Assembly (NCBI RefSeq): GCF_036321535.1
Contig: NC_087436.1
Location: 64,110,001 to 64,174,000, forward strand
Source: Camelus dromedarius
Lineage: Eukaryota
Reading direction: 5' to 3'
DNA length: 64,000 bases
A program made the position numbers and the translations under genes. Under the pieces are notes generated by a model that worked only from the letters and a program-made list of their open reading frames with translations, did not search any database and was not told where the DNA came from. Of the stretch, positions 12,101-24,800 are shown piece by piece (position 1 is the first letter of the stretch; each line of letters opens with the position of its first letter).

Positions 12101-14477
12101 TGTTTGGACTGATCCTGCACATTTGCCCTAATGCTTAAGAACAAGTTCTCAGATCTCAGCATTGTTAAGGTAGTTTCTTAATAAAGATTTTGTACTCATT
12201 GGTAAAGCCATAGATCCTGGTCTCTGTTCTAATCTCAACTTGGTGTAAGAAAATGAACTTTCATGGAGGATACTGATCATCTCTTAAAGATATTTCACTA
12301 TGGACCATCTAATTATTTTCCTATAAAAACATACTTTGTCATTCACTTGGCATTTGTATTGACTAAATGAAGAACAGTATTAGCCAGCGATAAAAAGGTT
12401 GTGACGTGAAAATACTACTTTAAAAAATACTGTCTCTACTGGCAAAACAAGTTTTGTGAAGAGATGTGAACACTTTTTTTTTTTTTTAAAGCTTTTTCAC
12501 AGGATCAAATTAACTGCCAGGAAGTTTTGCCAAACAGATTTTAAGGGGAAAATTAGGCTATCCTAACTGTCCAAATGTTTTCTCACGTTTCAAACGAGCA
12601 GCTGCTGGGAGTCCATGCCAGTCATAAACCTTTCAGGCAGAATGTGAACAGCTGCCAATCTTGTGTCAATATTTTAAATTCACTTACAACCTTCTTAACT
12701 GGTATAAAAATTTCTTTCTCCCCAAAGGGCCAGCAGATAACTCTTTTTGATTCTTTGTCTCCTCTTACTCCCCTAGTGGTGAAATAGCCAGATAAGCAAC
12801 TTTGGTAGAGAAAGAGAGATTTCTTTGAATATTAGGAGTAAGAACAAATCTCAGTTTGTCTGTTGATGAGGACAAATCTGAAATAACAAAAACAATAACA
12901 ACAATAGGAAAAGTGTCAAAAATTATAAGCCATGAATAGTTCTGCAAATACTTGTGTAATAAATTTATTTAGTTCTTACTGCTAGAGATTTTATTATTAT
13001 TATTATTATTTTTTTGAAGAAGGAAAGTCCAGAATTTGACCTTCGGAAACTTAACAGATGAAGATTGGTAGAGGCAAGAAATACATGCCTAGAAATTTCT
13101 TTGAAGATAGCTATTAAGCTTAAACACTGGGGAGTAATTACCTACTTGACTCTTGGATTACAATATAAAGATTATATCATAATCTGTGGTCTAAAGGAGT
13201 TTTCTTTAAAGTAGATGACACTCAAAAGTGCTTGGAATTATTGCAGTTGTAAATTGAGAGAAAACAGTGGCAGAAGATTATGTTTGAGATAAGACTGGAT
13301 GAATCTTTGTTTCCTAGAGTAGGAGGATTTTATTACAAGGGTGATGATGGGTAATAGTAGGGTGAGAATAATGAAGGGAAGAGATGAAGGAATAGCAAGA
13401 GGAGGCCACTTGTTTGCTTGGAGAGTGAGACTATCCAGAGCTCAAGACAGCAAAGTGAAGGCTAGTGAAGACTCTGAAGCAAACAGTTTAATTACATCCT
13501 GTCCTTGTGTGTTTTTATCTGACAAATATGTATAGGGGATGTTTTATTAAAAGTTGAACAGTTTGTGGAACTAAGCATTGTTTACTTCTTCTTGAACAAC
13601 CTTATATTTTCTCTCTTTTTCTCTCTTTTCTCCTTCCTTCCTTCCTTTTCTTTCTTTTGCCTAGCACTGAAAAAAATTCCTTTAGTTACAGGTCTTTTTT
13701 ATAAAATTTAATTCTACCTCTAATGTTTTGTTGAGTTTTTATTATTCAGGGCTTCAAAAACTGCTAGCATATATCATTATGCATTTTAATAATGGTTAAA
13801 AATATCCATAAAATAAAATTCCAACTTGTTATTCGTGTTCGATTATGAGATATAACTACAAGATAATGTGATTTTAAAAACCCAACTTCCAGAATTAGGA
13901 CAATTAATGCAAATAAGGCAATTTTTGAAAATGGTCATTTTGGAAGACTTTACTCTTATTCTAGTGATCAGGATATTGCTAAATCATTTTTGAAACTTCT
14001 CATTGGAATTATCTTTATAACCAGTAATGGATAAGAGAGTACATCCCACTGTTTTGCCAAAAAAAAGTATGAACTATTTCTTTGTCACTTTATTCACCTG
14101 GCTTGGCTCAAAATAAATTTAACTTTTCAATGAATGAAATCTACTCTCCACAGATAGCAGTATACTATAACATGTAATATGAACCTCATAAGGACCCCGA
14201 AAACTTTAGTCTAACAGAGGTGCTAAATTGAAAGAGGGGTTCCAGTACCCTTTTTTAAATTAATTGAAATTGTGCTCTATTAGTATTGCATACATTTTTA
14301 AGGTGAGTTATAAGGACTCACATTCCCTAGATGTATAAATTCTAATAAGCGTTTAAAAAGTAAGTTAGTTTATTTTAGAATATCAACTCATGTAGCTATC
14401 CAAGTTTATAACTTTCCTGTATGGAGTTAACACATACGGTATTCACTTCTTGGGAGAGTAGTGTGGATACTAGTTGT

Positions 14478-14732
14478 GTGGTAGTTAGATTCTCAGAGCC
14501 TGGGAGATGGAATGCCTACTTTGAAAGGCCAGCTTCAGCTTTTACTAGCTCTGTGGTCCTAGGGGGGAAAAAATCACTTTGTCTTCCTGTAATAAACTTC
14601 CTCCTCTGAATATTGGGAATAATAATAGTGTCTCCTTTATAGGTTGTTTTAAAGATTAATAACTTACTGCATGTGAAGTGCTTAGAATGGTGCCCTGAAC
14701 ATGGTAAATGTTATCCAAATAGTGACAGTTAT
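14478..14732 (+). mobile_element. MIR SINE
   Basis: ttactagctctgtggtcct...cttcctcctctgaatattgggaataataatagtgtctcctttataggttgttttaaagattaa...gtgcttagaatggtgccc. Confidence 0.85.
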
Positions 14733-15483
14733 TAAGTTAATACTGATAAAGTTGAATTTATCCAGTCTTTTTTTTTTTTCCAGCACTGGTAAATTTAATG
14801 TTAAATGGTCCTATTTGTGATTTTCACCTGAAAATACTTGTGACAGAAACTGTTTCTAGAAAAGTACTGTTACATGACTAAATCTGTCATTTTCTTTGAT
14901 TGTTTGGAGTCTTACACTTCTACAATAAAGACCAATTACTGAGATGTGTATATATTTTACATTTCAGGTTGCATCCTTAAATGTGTGAAATGTGGGATTT
15001 TTTAAGGTTAGCGCAGCTTTCGTTCTCAGGGTTTTAAAGTAAGGGATTTGTGGTGAATTTTATGAATGGTTCCACAGGCTATCTAGTGTAGTTTGATTCC
15101 CTCATTTTAGTTTAATAAATTTTAAAGAGTGCACACCAGTTTTGGATGGTTCCATAAAACATGGATGTGGTGGAAAAATAAAGATAATATTAAACCTTGC
15201 AAAAATCACAGTTCAACCACAGCACAGACTCTCTGCTGTATTAACAGGCATCATGTTCAGAATCAGCAGATGATAATAGATAGCTTGTTTTTTCAAGGGT
15301 GTGAACATGTTCATTCTGTGCTTGGGTAGCAGCTGTGGCTGCTGTGCACAGATGTGACAGGCTCTCCAGGTAAATAGAGCCACAATGTTGTTTGTGTAGC
15401 TGCTGCTGATAATTGTGGAATCTTTGTGCGGTAGCCCTCCTGCCTGGCTCTTCTGCTGCATTCATAGTGGTAAAGACCTCGTC

Positions 15484-15506
15484 ATGGGATTGGTTTTTGC
15501 CTTCAG
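15484..15506 (+). CDS. Candidate coding part of an alternative first exon (MGLVFAF + 2 nt, phase 2)
   Basis: Strong Kozak gtcATGG at 15484, 7 codons, then CAG|GTAATT donor; lies in a repeat-free, GC-richer block followed by GT-rich sequence. Confidence 0.35.
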
Positions 15507-15904
15507 GTAATTGATTCAATCCTTGTTTCTCGTTTTGTAGTGCAATGCATTTGATTTTAATCCAATAGTCGTGCAGCTCTGCTGGGAATTCCCACTGCAC
15601 TCTGGTAGATGAAACTCTCCCCTTGCACTGCAGGTCAGGGGGCTTCCCGCTTGTTTGTTTATGTTACTGGGTAAAGTGGTTAAATGCCCCACCCTCTTTG
15701 GGTTGTGCTACTGGAAGACTCTCCTGAATTGCTACAAACAGTGAGGAGGCCTTTTTTCAGAAATTTAATTTTGAAGCTTTGTGGCTGAGGCTTTTTACTT
15801 TGTGTTTGATCACACTTAGTAGTGTATGAACGTCTTCTGGCTTTTGTATGCTTGTTAGTGCTTTCTTCTTGTGCTTCTTCAGATTTTTGTTTTAGGTGAA
15901 GTTA

Positions 15905-15906
<2 letters not shown>

Positions 15907-15934
<28 letters not shown>
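15907..15934. repeat. (TG)n microsatellite
   Basis: Perfect TG run seen directly. Confidence 0.95.
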
Positions 15935-15938
<4 letters not shown>

Positions 15939-17019
15939 GCTTCTTTGTAATAACATGTTTCTGATAATGTCTGTTTTAACAAGCTCCATAGGACCTTGAT
16001 ACAACTTCTCTTGGGTGTCTTCTTATTGATTTAAATCTCATAAACAAGTATTACTGCTATAGTGAGTGCTTGCCGAAATCTCGGAGCGTCATGGACTTTT
16101 GATAGGACGGCTTTTCCCATCTTAGGAGTCACGTGAAGTGATCCTGACAGTCTTGGAAGTGAATCAGTTTCAACAGTGCAACACTGGTGCCAACCATAGA
16201 ATCCTTTGTCTTTGGATTCTGCTCAAGTTGTAGGCAGAGAAAGCAGAGTTCCGGGTCAGATTTATTAAGTTACAAGACAAGATTAAATTATTAAATTCTG
16301 AAGACAGATTCTGTTATTCAAAATCAAACACCCAGTGTTTGTTACCAATCATAAGTCTTGTGTCTTGTGTAAACCATTTGCAGGAATGATTTGGAGCACT
16401 TAATTCTTTGAAACAGCAGATGTTGCAAATGCCTTTTTCAGCTATCTTACTTTAAGTCTATAATAAACAGGATATACTTTAGTTACAACACTTAAATTGT
16501 GTTTATCTTCCTTGGAAAAATGAGTTTTAATCTACATTTGGGTTTTCAGTGGTAGGATACGTGTAATAGAATTTCTACATTACTATATAGTTACAGAACT
16601 TATGTAGCATCTTGTACCCCTTCTGAGGAGAGCAAGTTTAAAGTAACAAAATACCTACATTATATATGGTGTCATAGAATGATTATAACATCGGTGAGGC
16701 TTCTGTTTACATAAGTATGTGTGGTTGGTGTAGGAAATGCTAGAGTTGATAAGGTCTGGGACAAACTTTCCAAAAGGTTAGCTTTTATTCACCTTTAATG
16801 ATTGTTGCCTTGAGGAGATGTGCCTTCATCAGATCTTCTGATTTTTAGGAGAAATAGGGCATCTAGATTTCCATGTGCATTTTCCTAGATTTTCAATGTT
16901 GCCTACTAGTTCAAAATTTTTGATAAACATTTAATAATAAATGGTTCATGGAAGAAAACATGTATTGTTTTATAAAGTCTTTTGTTTTCTAACTCCTGGA
17001 TTAGCCTGAGTTTTACAAA

Positions 17020-17190
17020 AAACTGAGGCATAATTAACATAAAATATGCAGACCTCTTAAGTGTTCTCTTCAGTTATTTTTGACAGTTATATACAACATG
17101 TGTGACCATCGTCTAAAACAAGATTTAGAACCTTCTCATCACCTAGACAGTTTCCTGGTGCCTCTTTCCAGTCAATTCCTCATCCCCCAT
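17020..17190 (-). mobile_element. Old L1 (L1MB/L1ME-like) 3' UTR fragment
   Basis: cttaagtg...ttttgacagttatatacaacatgtgtgaccatc...aacaagatttagaacc...catcacctagacagtttcctggtgcctctttccagtcaat, typical of antisense L1M 3' ends. Confidence 0.7.
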
Positions 17191-17221
17191 GTGTGCATCT
17201 ATTTTCTGGAGCTTTATTTTA

Positions 17222-17320
17222 TTTTGTTTTATTATTATTTTTAATAGAGGTATTTGGGATTAAACCCAGGAACTTGTTCCTGCTAAGCACGCACTCTACC
17301 ACTGAGCTGCTTCCCTCCCG
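17222..17320 (-). mobile_element. Vic-1-type tRNA-derived SINE (camelid)
   Basis: Minus strand gggagggaagcagctcagtggtagagtgcgtgcttagcaggaacaagttcctgggtttaatcccaaatacctctattaaaaa: Pol III A/B boxes plus A-rich tail; ctttatttta on both flanks. Confidence 0.85.
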
Positions 17321-17754
17321 TCAAGGACTTTATTTTAAAGGGCAAAGAAATTCTGTCTTCAGATCAGATGAAGTTTAAAGGCTACAACTACCATTGGCAA
17401 TCTGCTGTAAAGAAAACAACTCATTCCTTTGGTCAAGGGAAGGGAGGATGGGAAATAATATCTGTTTAATGCTTACTCTGTGCTGACCACTTAATATTCA
17501 TTATTGAATCCCTGTGTGCAAAATTCTGCAGGTTTTAAAGCATCAGTTTCTAGATGCAGGGACTGAGACTCAATGAAAAGATGACTTGCTGGATGTCAAA
17601 CAATTAGTAGCCAAAGTGAGAAAGAAAAAAACAGAGTCATAGTTGTAAAGATTTTCTACCATAAGCCAGGAAATGTATTTTTGAATATTAATATAATAAT
17701 GAAAAATGGTTATATATGATGATTACCATATGAAGATGACAATATCTAAAATAT

Positions 17755-17955
17755 ATTGGTCATTGATTAATTACCTGACACTATTCTGAGGTATTGTTTT
17801 CAACCTCACATTCAAATTTACTAGGTAGGATTTTTATTCTTATTTCACAGATTAGGAAAATAGGGATTAAGGATATTAAATACCTTGCCCAAATTCACAT
17901 TTCAAATGAGTCGTCGAGCCGGAATTTAAACAGGAATCTTTAAAGATTGTGCTTT
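17755..17955 (-). mobile_element. MIR SINE
   Basis: atttcacagattaggaaaatagggattaagg...taaataccttgcccaaattcaca...gagccggaatttaaa is an antisense MIR core. Confidence 0.75.
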
Positions 17956-20900
17956 TTATAAAACTATTTTGTTATTTGCTATATTTTAATGTTTTAATAT
18001 TAGTGACTTTTATATTGAAAGAAAACTGATGAGTTATTCATTCTGCGACAAATATGTTTATGGATATCAATGAATGGATATGAAATATGAAAGTATGCAA
18101 ACAATATAGGTGTTACCAAAAGTATGGAAACAATATGGATGAAAAATGATATATTTTGTATATAAATGTAATATAATACTAAAAAATTTATAGTGCAATT
18201 AAGATATATACCATATTTTACTGAAGGGTGAGTTCTGTAGTCAAGAAATTGGATAATTAGCAATTTAATTTTTTATCCCATTGGTTGGGGTTGAGTAGTA
18301 CACACTAATCACACCCTTTGCTCTGTCTCATTTAGAAACCAATTGGGAAATTAAGATCAAACTTTTTGGAATCATCGAAGCTAATTTAAGAGGATGCACC
18401 TTGAGTGAAAAAATAGTGTTTCAAACTATTCCCCTGAAATGGTCTCACCCACCCATTTGTAGAAGGATAAGCTGGAGAATCAAGATCTCTCTGAAAGCAA
18501 GCTCAAGGCTTGTCCTAGTGACTCTTCCTAGTGGGAAGGAAAAGGTGCTTGTGGGCCTTGTGGTCTGTGAAAAGGGAAGGAGCCCAGGCCGGGACCTACA
18601 TAGGAGTGTGATCGTTAACATTTGTTACTATGCTCAGATTGAGTATATGACTCACCCAAGTCTTCCTCTCCTTTGAGGGGAACAGATACGGGATGGAGGG
18701 AGAGCAGAGTCTTCCACTCTGACACTGCTCCTGAGAGTGGAAGGATGACGGGAAGCACCAGCACTTCCCTGGAAGGGTGGCAGTGCAGAGAGGGCGGGAG
18801 GAAGGGTCCTATCTTAACTGTTGCTCGTTGTTCTCATGCACCTTGAAGTTTCACTGTAAATGACAGGAAAATGTTTGTGTATTCATACTTTAATGTTTTT
18901 AAGACTTCCTTAGGGGACCCTTACTGTGCTTAACCTGTTCATTCACCTCAGTCAGCTGCTAGTGTGTTAATTCATTCTGGCAACATAACTGCATTTGAAA
19001 TTCCCAAGAAAATAGAAACCCTCAGTGAAGGTATCAGCCAGTAATACAAATAAGGTCTGCAAAACTAGTACTTTAATTAAAAATGGGGGCCGTTGAAAAT
19101 GAGAGATTAATGGAGTCCGTAAAGTAGAAAAATGAAAACGCACATGTAAAACTGAATGGAAATAATAGTTCTGAAGATTTACCTTGTCTTAGAATGGTTT
19201 CTGAAACCTTCCTCTCTTCAATTAGATTGCAGTTCTGAAGGTCATGAAGCCAAGGAGGGAGGAATTTCCACAATCATTATTGGGTTGGCAACAGGGTATT
19301 ACAGTTCACTATTTTATTTAAAAAGATAATACAGTAGAAAACAATACTATTTTGCCTTTCTGCTTTATTTTTCTTCCAAATAAAGTATGTATTTAGCAAG
19401 TTCTTTAATTATATTTTTGCTGCACATGTAGACAAAAGAATATTTCAAATTATATGGCCTCAAAGTAAATTAAGGTCCAAATATTTTGATTTGTGAAAAT
19501 GTAAAGCTTTAAATGTTGCTCATTTCTAATTGATTTTACAGAGGGGAGGAAATAGGAAAGTCACATCTGTCAATTACTTTTCTGGAAATCTATTTGAATT
19601 CAGTAAATTAAGAGATGGCTTGGTCCACTATGTAGTTCAATATCTGAGGTCAGGACATCTGGTACCCTAATTTGGCTCTGCTACTGTTGTACAGTGGGGA
19701 TTTGGGTCAGGTCATTTAAACACCTTTTTTTTTTTTTCCTTTTCTCCTCTACCAATCCTCTACAAATTAAAACGCTGGAAGTAAAGGCTGGAGTATGTTA
19801 CTCGCACCTTATCTACTCCTTGTCTACGTGTGAAAATTAGCAAGACAATTGCCTCCACCATAATGCTTCCATATTGCTATGTAGCAATGATCATTTATCC
19901 TACTAAAAAAATCTCTTCCTTATTACAGAACTCTAATAAATCATGTTTAGCATAGCAGTGTCTTCAGATAAGAATAAAATCTCATGTTTTAATGATGTTA
20001 GAAGGAAAAGAAAGGTAGATTGCTGATAATTCATTGGTTCAGAGTATTGGCTTTTAGAAGTTGTCACCAGTGTACTTAGGCAGTATATGGACATTTTTCA
20101 CTAAAACCTCACTACCACAATCTTCCATCGCCCCTCAAAATGAAAGCTATGGTTTGGTTGTCCCATAAATCATCTTTCCAAGAAAGCGAGCTGTTCTTGC
20201 AATTGGATGGCAGATGGAACAGCTTTTTACCAGTGGGGGGTTTTGTTCTCTGCTGCCAAGGATATTGAGGAAAGAACGAATTATGTTAATTTATCTGTTT
20301 TTCTCCTTTGCAAGCAGTTTTACATATATAAGGAGCTCATTCATTTTGGGATCTAAGTTATTATTTTTGGCACTTGGTACATAGCACAAATTGTATGCTG
20401 AATGTATATGCACTGGTTAACCTTTAATCAGATATAAATGCAATATATTGTGAAAGGGTCTTCTGCTTATTGAATATGAAAAAGTCAAGGGAAGGTTAAG
20501 GTCTATAAAACATTCCAGGTAGTCTGTCTTGCTGCCCAGTTACTAAGATGTGCAGAATTTGGGAGCTCTTACAGAAGTAGAGATTTTCTGTTCCTTAGCT
20601 AAAATTTGATTTAAAAAACACACAAAATGGACCAACTCTTATTCTGAGTAACCCTTCAGAGATTATTTATTAAATGACCAGATTTATAGAAGAATAGAAT
20701 TCTTAGGCTCTTGGTAAACTTTACTCACGGTATTGACTACTGATATATGTACAGATAGTTTTACTGTCTCCCTGGACTTTACACAATGACTGCTTAAATC
20801 TGTTTTCTCTCTGTGAAAATAATACCGAGTTTCCATTCTTTGCCAAGGGCACGGGTTATTCCAGGGTGTAGTCAAGTGATCAGTCCATCGGGACACATAA

Positions 20901-21529
20901 TTATATCCTGCTTTTGGTGCCTTCAAAGAGAATATTTTGAGAGAATTATTAGTTTTCTCAAGCAGTCACATGTGTATTGAAATTGCAAGATCAAATCCAA
21001 AGTCCTCTGAGCTCTTTTGGGATAAAGACATCATGTGAAAATGATGAGCAGCCTCATTACAATGACTGCTTTCTATGAAACCCTTTTTCCATGCCGAAGA
21101 TCAGCTTATTTTTTTATTTTTTATTTTTTTTAGAGTTCCTTTCTTCCCTTTTCTTTCATCTGCTGTTTTTCACTTGTCCCACTTCAGGGGAAGATAATTG
21201 AATCACCTCAGGGTAAGTGCTTATAGACCCTCTGAATTCAATGCCTCTAAATAAATTAGGCATGCTATACTGCAGTTAGAAAGAATGAAATGGGTATATT
21301 CCTGTCTAAGGTTGTGAGTTCCCATGAGTGGTTAGTATCTTAGGTGTTTTGTGTTATTTCGATAGAGGGGGAATGAAAAAGGATATCTAGATCTTAGGGA
21401 AGGACATTCTACTTTGTGCCAAACTTCAACTTTAGGTAAAATAAGTCTTATGTGTTCTGAGTTTCTTATATTGACTAAATGATGCTGACCAAAAAACAAA
21501 ACTAAAAAAGCATCCTACTCTTTTTAGTG

Positions 21530-21880
21530 TATAATTCAGGATAGTATAGGATATGTAGCGGTGACAGATAAAGATTGTAACGCTATATAGATTTGTTCCT
21601 TGCTTGTATCCATTTCACATCAGGTGGTTTTTCTTGGGCACTTCTCTAAGTCATAATTTGTAGACACAGGTTGCTTATATTTTGTTCTTATTCTTTATGG
21701 AATATATGGCTTCTAACATTGCTGTGGTCATACAAAAAGAGCTAGACCAGGAGCTGTATTTGAGGGCCAGGTCTGCCCACATTTCCTAAACCAGAACTTA
21801 CCTGGCCTGCAACACCACTGCAAGGAGAACTGGGAAAAGCACTCTTTTCGTATATCTGGGAAGATGTAGCCGTGAGTGAA
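21530..21880 (-). mobile_element. Degenerate MaLR LTR (MLT1J/K-like)
   Basis: caggatagtataggatatgtagcggtgacag near the start and ctgcaaggagaactgggaaa near the end resemble old MLT1 motifs. Confidence 0.45.
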
Positions 21881-22019
21881 TAGTCTCTGTTGGCTCTGCA
21901 CCTAGGTAGGGCTCTTATAAACTCATATAACACAACCTATGCTTTTGCCATCAGAGACACTTTCAAATTCTGTTACTCATACCTAGATACATTATGTATC
22001 TTGATGTTCATAGAACATT

Positions 22020-23370
22020 AAGGGAAGACCAAAACTGAAGACTGACACTACCCGACTTCAATATTTGCTATAAAGCTACAGGAATTAAGTTACTATGGTG
22101 TTGGTGGAAGAGTAGACAAACTATTTTTGTCAAAAGATGAGTGGAACAGAAAAAATAATCCACAAATAGACCCACACAAATATAATTAACTCATCATCCA
22201 CAAAGGAGCAAGGGCAATTTAATGGAGAACGGATAGTTTTTTTTAACAAATGGTACTGTGACAACTGTATATCCACATGCAAAAAATAGGAACAGCCCTT
22301 AAGCATCTCACAAAATTAGCTCAAAAATGGACCAAAGATGTAAATGTAAAACAAAAATCTTTAAAACTCCTAGAAGATAATAAAGGACAAAGTCTAGGTG
22401 ACCATGTGTTTGGTGAATAAATTTTTATACAACAACTGAAGCACAGTCTTTGAAAGAAAAACATCAATAAGTAGGACTTCATTAAAATATAGAAATATCT
22501 GCTCTGTGAAAGACACTGTTAAGAGAAATGATAAGGGAAGTTATATCTGGGAGAAAAATCTACAAAACATATCTGATAAAAGACTGATATCCAGTATATA
22601 CAAATAACTCTTAAAATACAATATAAAAATGAATAAACCAGCTAAAATGTGGGCAAGAGATCTGAACAGACAACTCACCAAAGATGACATACAGTTGGCA
22701 AATAAGCATATGAAAATATGCGGAGAATTATTTGTCATTGTGGAGTTGTAAATTGAAACAATGAGATACTACTATACATTTATTAGAATGACTAAAATCC
22801 AAAACACTTCACAACACCAATTGTTGACAAGGCTGTGGAGCAACAGGAACTCTCATTCATTGCTGATGAGAATATAAAATGATACAACTACTTTGGAAGA
22901 CAGTTTGAGTTTTTTTTTTAGTAATACTGTTACTGTATGATTCAACAATCATGCTCCTTGGTATTTACCTTAATGAATGAAGCTTTTTATAAACTCTTAT
23001 TCGTAGAAGCTTCATTCATTATTGCCAAAACGTGGAAGATGTCCTTCAACAGATGTGTGTATAGACAAACTGTGGTACATCCAGACAACAGAATATCATT
23101 CACAGATACAAAGAAATGAGCTATCAGGGCACAAAAGACATGGAGGAATCATAAATGCATTTTGCCTGGTAAAGAAGCCAGTCTGATTCCACACTGTATG
23201 ATTCCAATAATATGACATTTTTGAAAAGGCAAAACTTTAGAAACAGTAAAAAGATCAGTAGTTGCCAGGGACTCAGGAGAATGAGAGAAGGATGAACAAA
23301 TAGAGCACAGAGGATTTTTAGGGCAGTGAAACTGTTCTATAGGGTACTGCACTGTTGGGTACATGTATAG
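22020..23370 (+). mobile_element. L1MC-like LINE: 3' part of ORF2 and 3' UTR, inactivated
   Basis: actacccgacttcaa...tataaagctaca, aaatagacccacacaaatata, aacaaatggtactg, ggagcaacaggaactctcattcattgctg, and 3' UTR ggatttttagggcagtgaaactgttct; many stops and frameshifts. Confidence 0.9.
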
Positions 23371-24164
23371 GTTCTAAGAGTGAACCTTCTGAGTTGAGAT
23401 GGGGAAGAGTGTGGCAAGCGAACAGTATTCAAAGCAGAGCTGACATTCTTCAGAGACTGATAAGAATCAGGGCAGATTTCTCAAGAGAAGAAACTGCTCA
23501 ATTCTAACCTAAGATCGTAACTCACAGATACCTTGTCCCTGTATTCCTTCCATTACTTCTGATCAGATATCTATCTAGTCCCTTGGTTGGCCATGGACAG
23601 TTAAGTGATTGATTTTCTACCCCAATTCCAGGACACAGAACTAATGGCTTTGTGTGTCCCTCCATACCACTCAGAGGAGTTGAGTGGAAGTTCTGATGTC
23701 TAACCTAGATTAGTCACAAGTCCCCTGGTGGCGAGCCTCAGGAGGTTAGGCACGAGCTCTGTATAAAGCCTTCTTCTGTGAGGCTAGGGACTAAATCTCC
23801 AATGACACTGTTAAAAGCGTAGCTCAAGTGATCTTAAAGGAAGAGCTTCAGAGGCAAAGAATTAGGCTGGTCTTGATTTTAAGTCTTGCATATATAGGTT
23901 TAACAGGTACCTTCCTCTTATCAGCAAATTCTGGAAACCGTGAAAGAAGGTTAAAAACCTTGGGTTTTGTGGGGTTTTAAATGCTGTTTTCTAAACTGCA
24001 GTAAAACTATTCTCAAATCTCAGCCTAGATGGTAAAGAGTCCTCAAGATGACACTACTTTTTGGCAGCAAGTTAAATGCCAAATGAACTTAAAGGATAAG
24101 TTTGTCTCATTTTCTCCCCATTTTCTAGCTATGTATCCTGTAAAAATACATCTTGGAAGTATCC

Positions 24165-24800
24165 TCATTTATATTCTTCATAGATATTTATTACCTCCTA
24201 TGTACCAAGTTTGTTTGAGGCACTGGGATATAACAGTAAATGAAAATCTATCCCTGCTGTTATGAAACATAATTCTACTTGGGGGAGACAGACTATGAAA
24301 AAATGTAAAAATAGTCTAATTAGTAATTCCAGATAGTGTTGAACACAAATAAAATAGTACAAGGGAAAGGAACAGAGAGCGATCTGGGAATGAGGCTAAC
24401 CTCGGCTTCGTTAGGGACTAAGATCTGAGATGAGACCAAGTGATAAAGAAGCTTTTTGTGGCTCTGAGGGAATAAAAGCAAAAGCCCCGAGATCCAAATA
24501 AATTCGGTTTATCTCAGGGGCAGAATGGCTGGCATTCAGTGTACCAGGCCAAGTGAGGTAAAATGTAAAATTAGAAGATGAGACAGGGTCTAAATTATGT
24601 AGGGTGCTGAAATCTGGATTTTCTCCTACTTTCTCACAAATCATTTTAGAGAGTTAGAAGGACGAATGCCAGTATCTGATTTACCTTGTAAATAATGAAC
24701 TGGGAGTGAATTGAGGGTAATATGAGTAGAAGGCAGGAGATCAGTTACAAGCCCTTTGCAGTTTTTTTAGGTGAGAGATAATGGTAAGTTGCTAGAATTG
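24165..24800 (-). mobile_element. L2 LINE 3' fragment
   Basis: tatttattacctcctatgtaccaag...ggcactgggatataacagtaaatgaaaa...ggtgagagataatggt is an antisense L2 3' end. Confidence 0.75.

Noticed and set aside
15241..15600. 119-aa minus-strand ORF
   Set aside because: Non-ATG start, antisense to the better-supported + strand signals, and no recognisable homology
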